From: Justusliebigvirus VEcB
Direction: 5' to 3' (one strand)
Sequence record: OZ035773.1
Length of the DNA stretch: 64,000 bases
Shown here: positions 63,853 through 64,000 of the stretch, in pieces
Layout of the letters: each line of letters starts with the position of its first letter
Numbering within the stretch: position 1 is the first letter of the stretch
Notes under the pieces: model-generated
The model's database searches: none
Seen by the model: the letters and a program-made list of their open reading frames with translations, nothing else
What the model was told of the DNA's origin: nothing
Position numbers and translations under genes: made by a program

Positions 63853-64000
63853 ATGAGTAAAATTATACCAAGCAGTTATGAATTATTGCAGTTTTATGTA
63901 TATTACTTAGACTGGGTTAATAGATCGAATGTTAAAGACAATGCGATGTTTAGTAAAAACATCTGTTTAACAGAAAGTATCTTCCGTTATTGGCACACAG
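63853..64000 (+). CDS. Small protein, paralog family member 3, partial at window edge
   Basis: AAGGAGAGG RBS; N-terminus YELLQFYVYYLDWV matches the family motif. Confidence 0.45.
   Translation, partial: MSKIIPSSYELLQFYVYYLDWVNRSNVKDNAMFSKNICLTESIFRYWHT

Overview
This window reads as a segment of a large virulent tailed phage of a Gram-negative (enterobacterial-type) host, judged from sigma70-like TTGACA-N16/17-TAnnnT promoters and AAGGAG/GGAGG ribosome-binding sites; I cannot name the phage from sequence alone. Layout: (1) 1-4290, plus strand, late tail-fibre genes (collagen-like Gly-X-Y fibre; Ig-like plus carbohydrate-esterase-like fibre). (2) 4326-44026, minus strand, a long replication and nucleotide-metabolism block: DNA methyltransferase, SSB-like protein, GGAVRD nucleotidyltransferase, HNH-AP2 homing endonuclease, family A DNA polymerase interrupted by an intein, T7 gp4-like primase-helicase, glycosyltransferase-like paralogs, SleB-like hydrolase, a Ter-like cluster (TerD, vWA, TelA-like, TerC) next to a macro-like/PRTase/HAD operon, AAA ATPase, NrdG, NrdD split by a group I intron, GatB/YqeY protein, and an SF1 helicase interrupted by a second intein. 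(3) 44146-48533, plus strand: membrane proteins, a paralogous AAA ATPase, a zinc-ribbon repeat protein and a NADAR protein. (4) 48540-49200 and 58740-60500: AT-rich non-coding regions full of direct repeats, palindromes and a recurring Fur-box-like 13-mer. (5) 49630-58700: an array of at least 17 cassettes, each a sigma70-like promoter followed by a conserved GC-rich stem-loop, an SD and a small ORF, which looks like an early or host-takeover module. (6) 60513-64000: further small plus-strand genes including a three-member paralog family. No rRNA, tRNA or CRISPR array was recognised. All functional calls rest on motifs read by eye; no database search was run.
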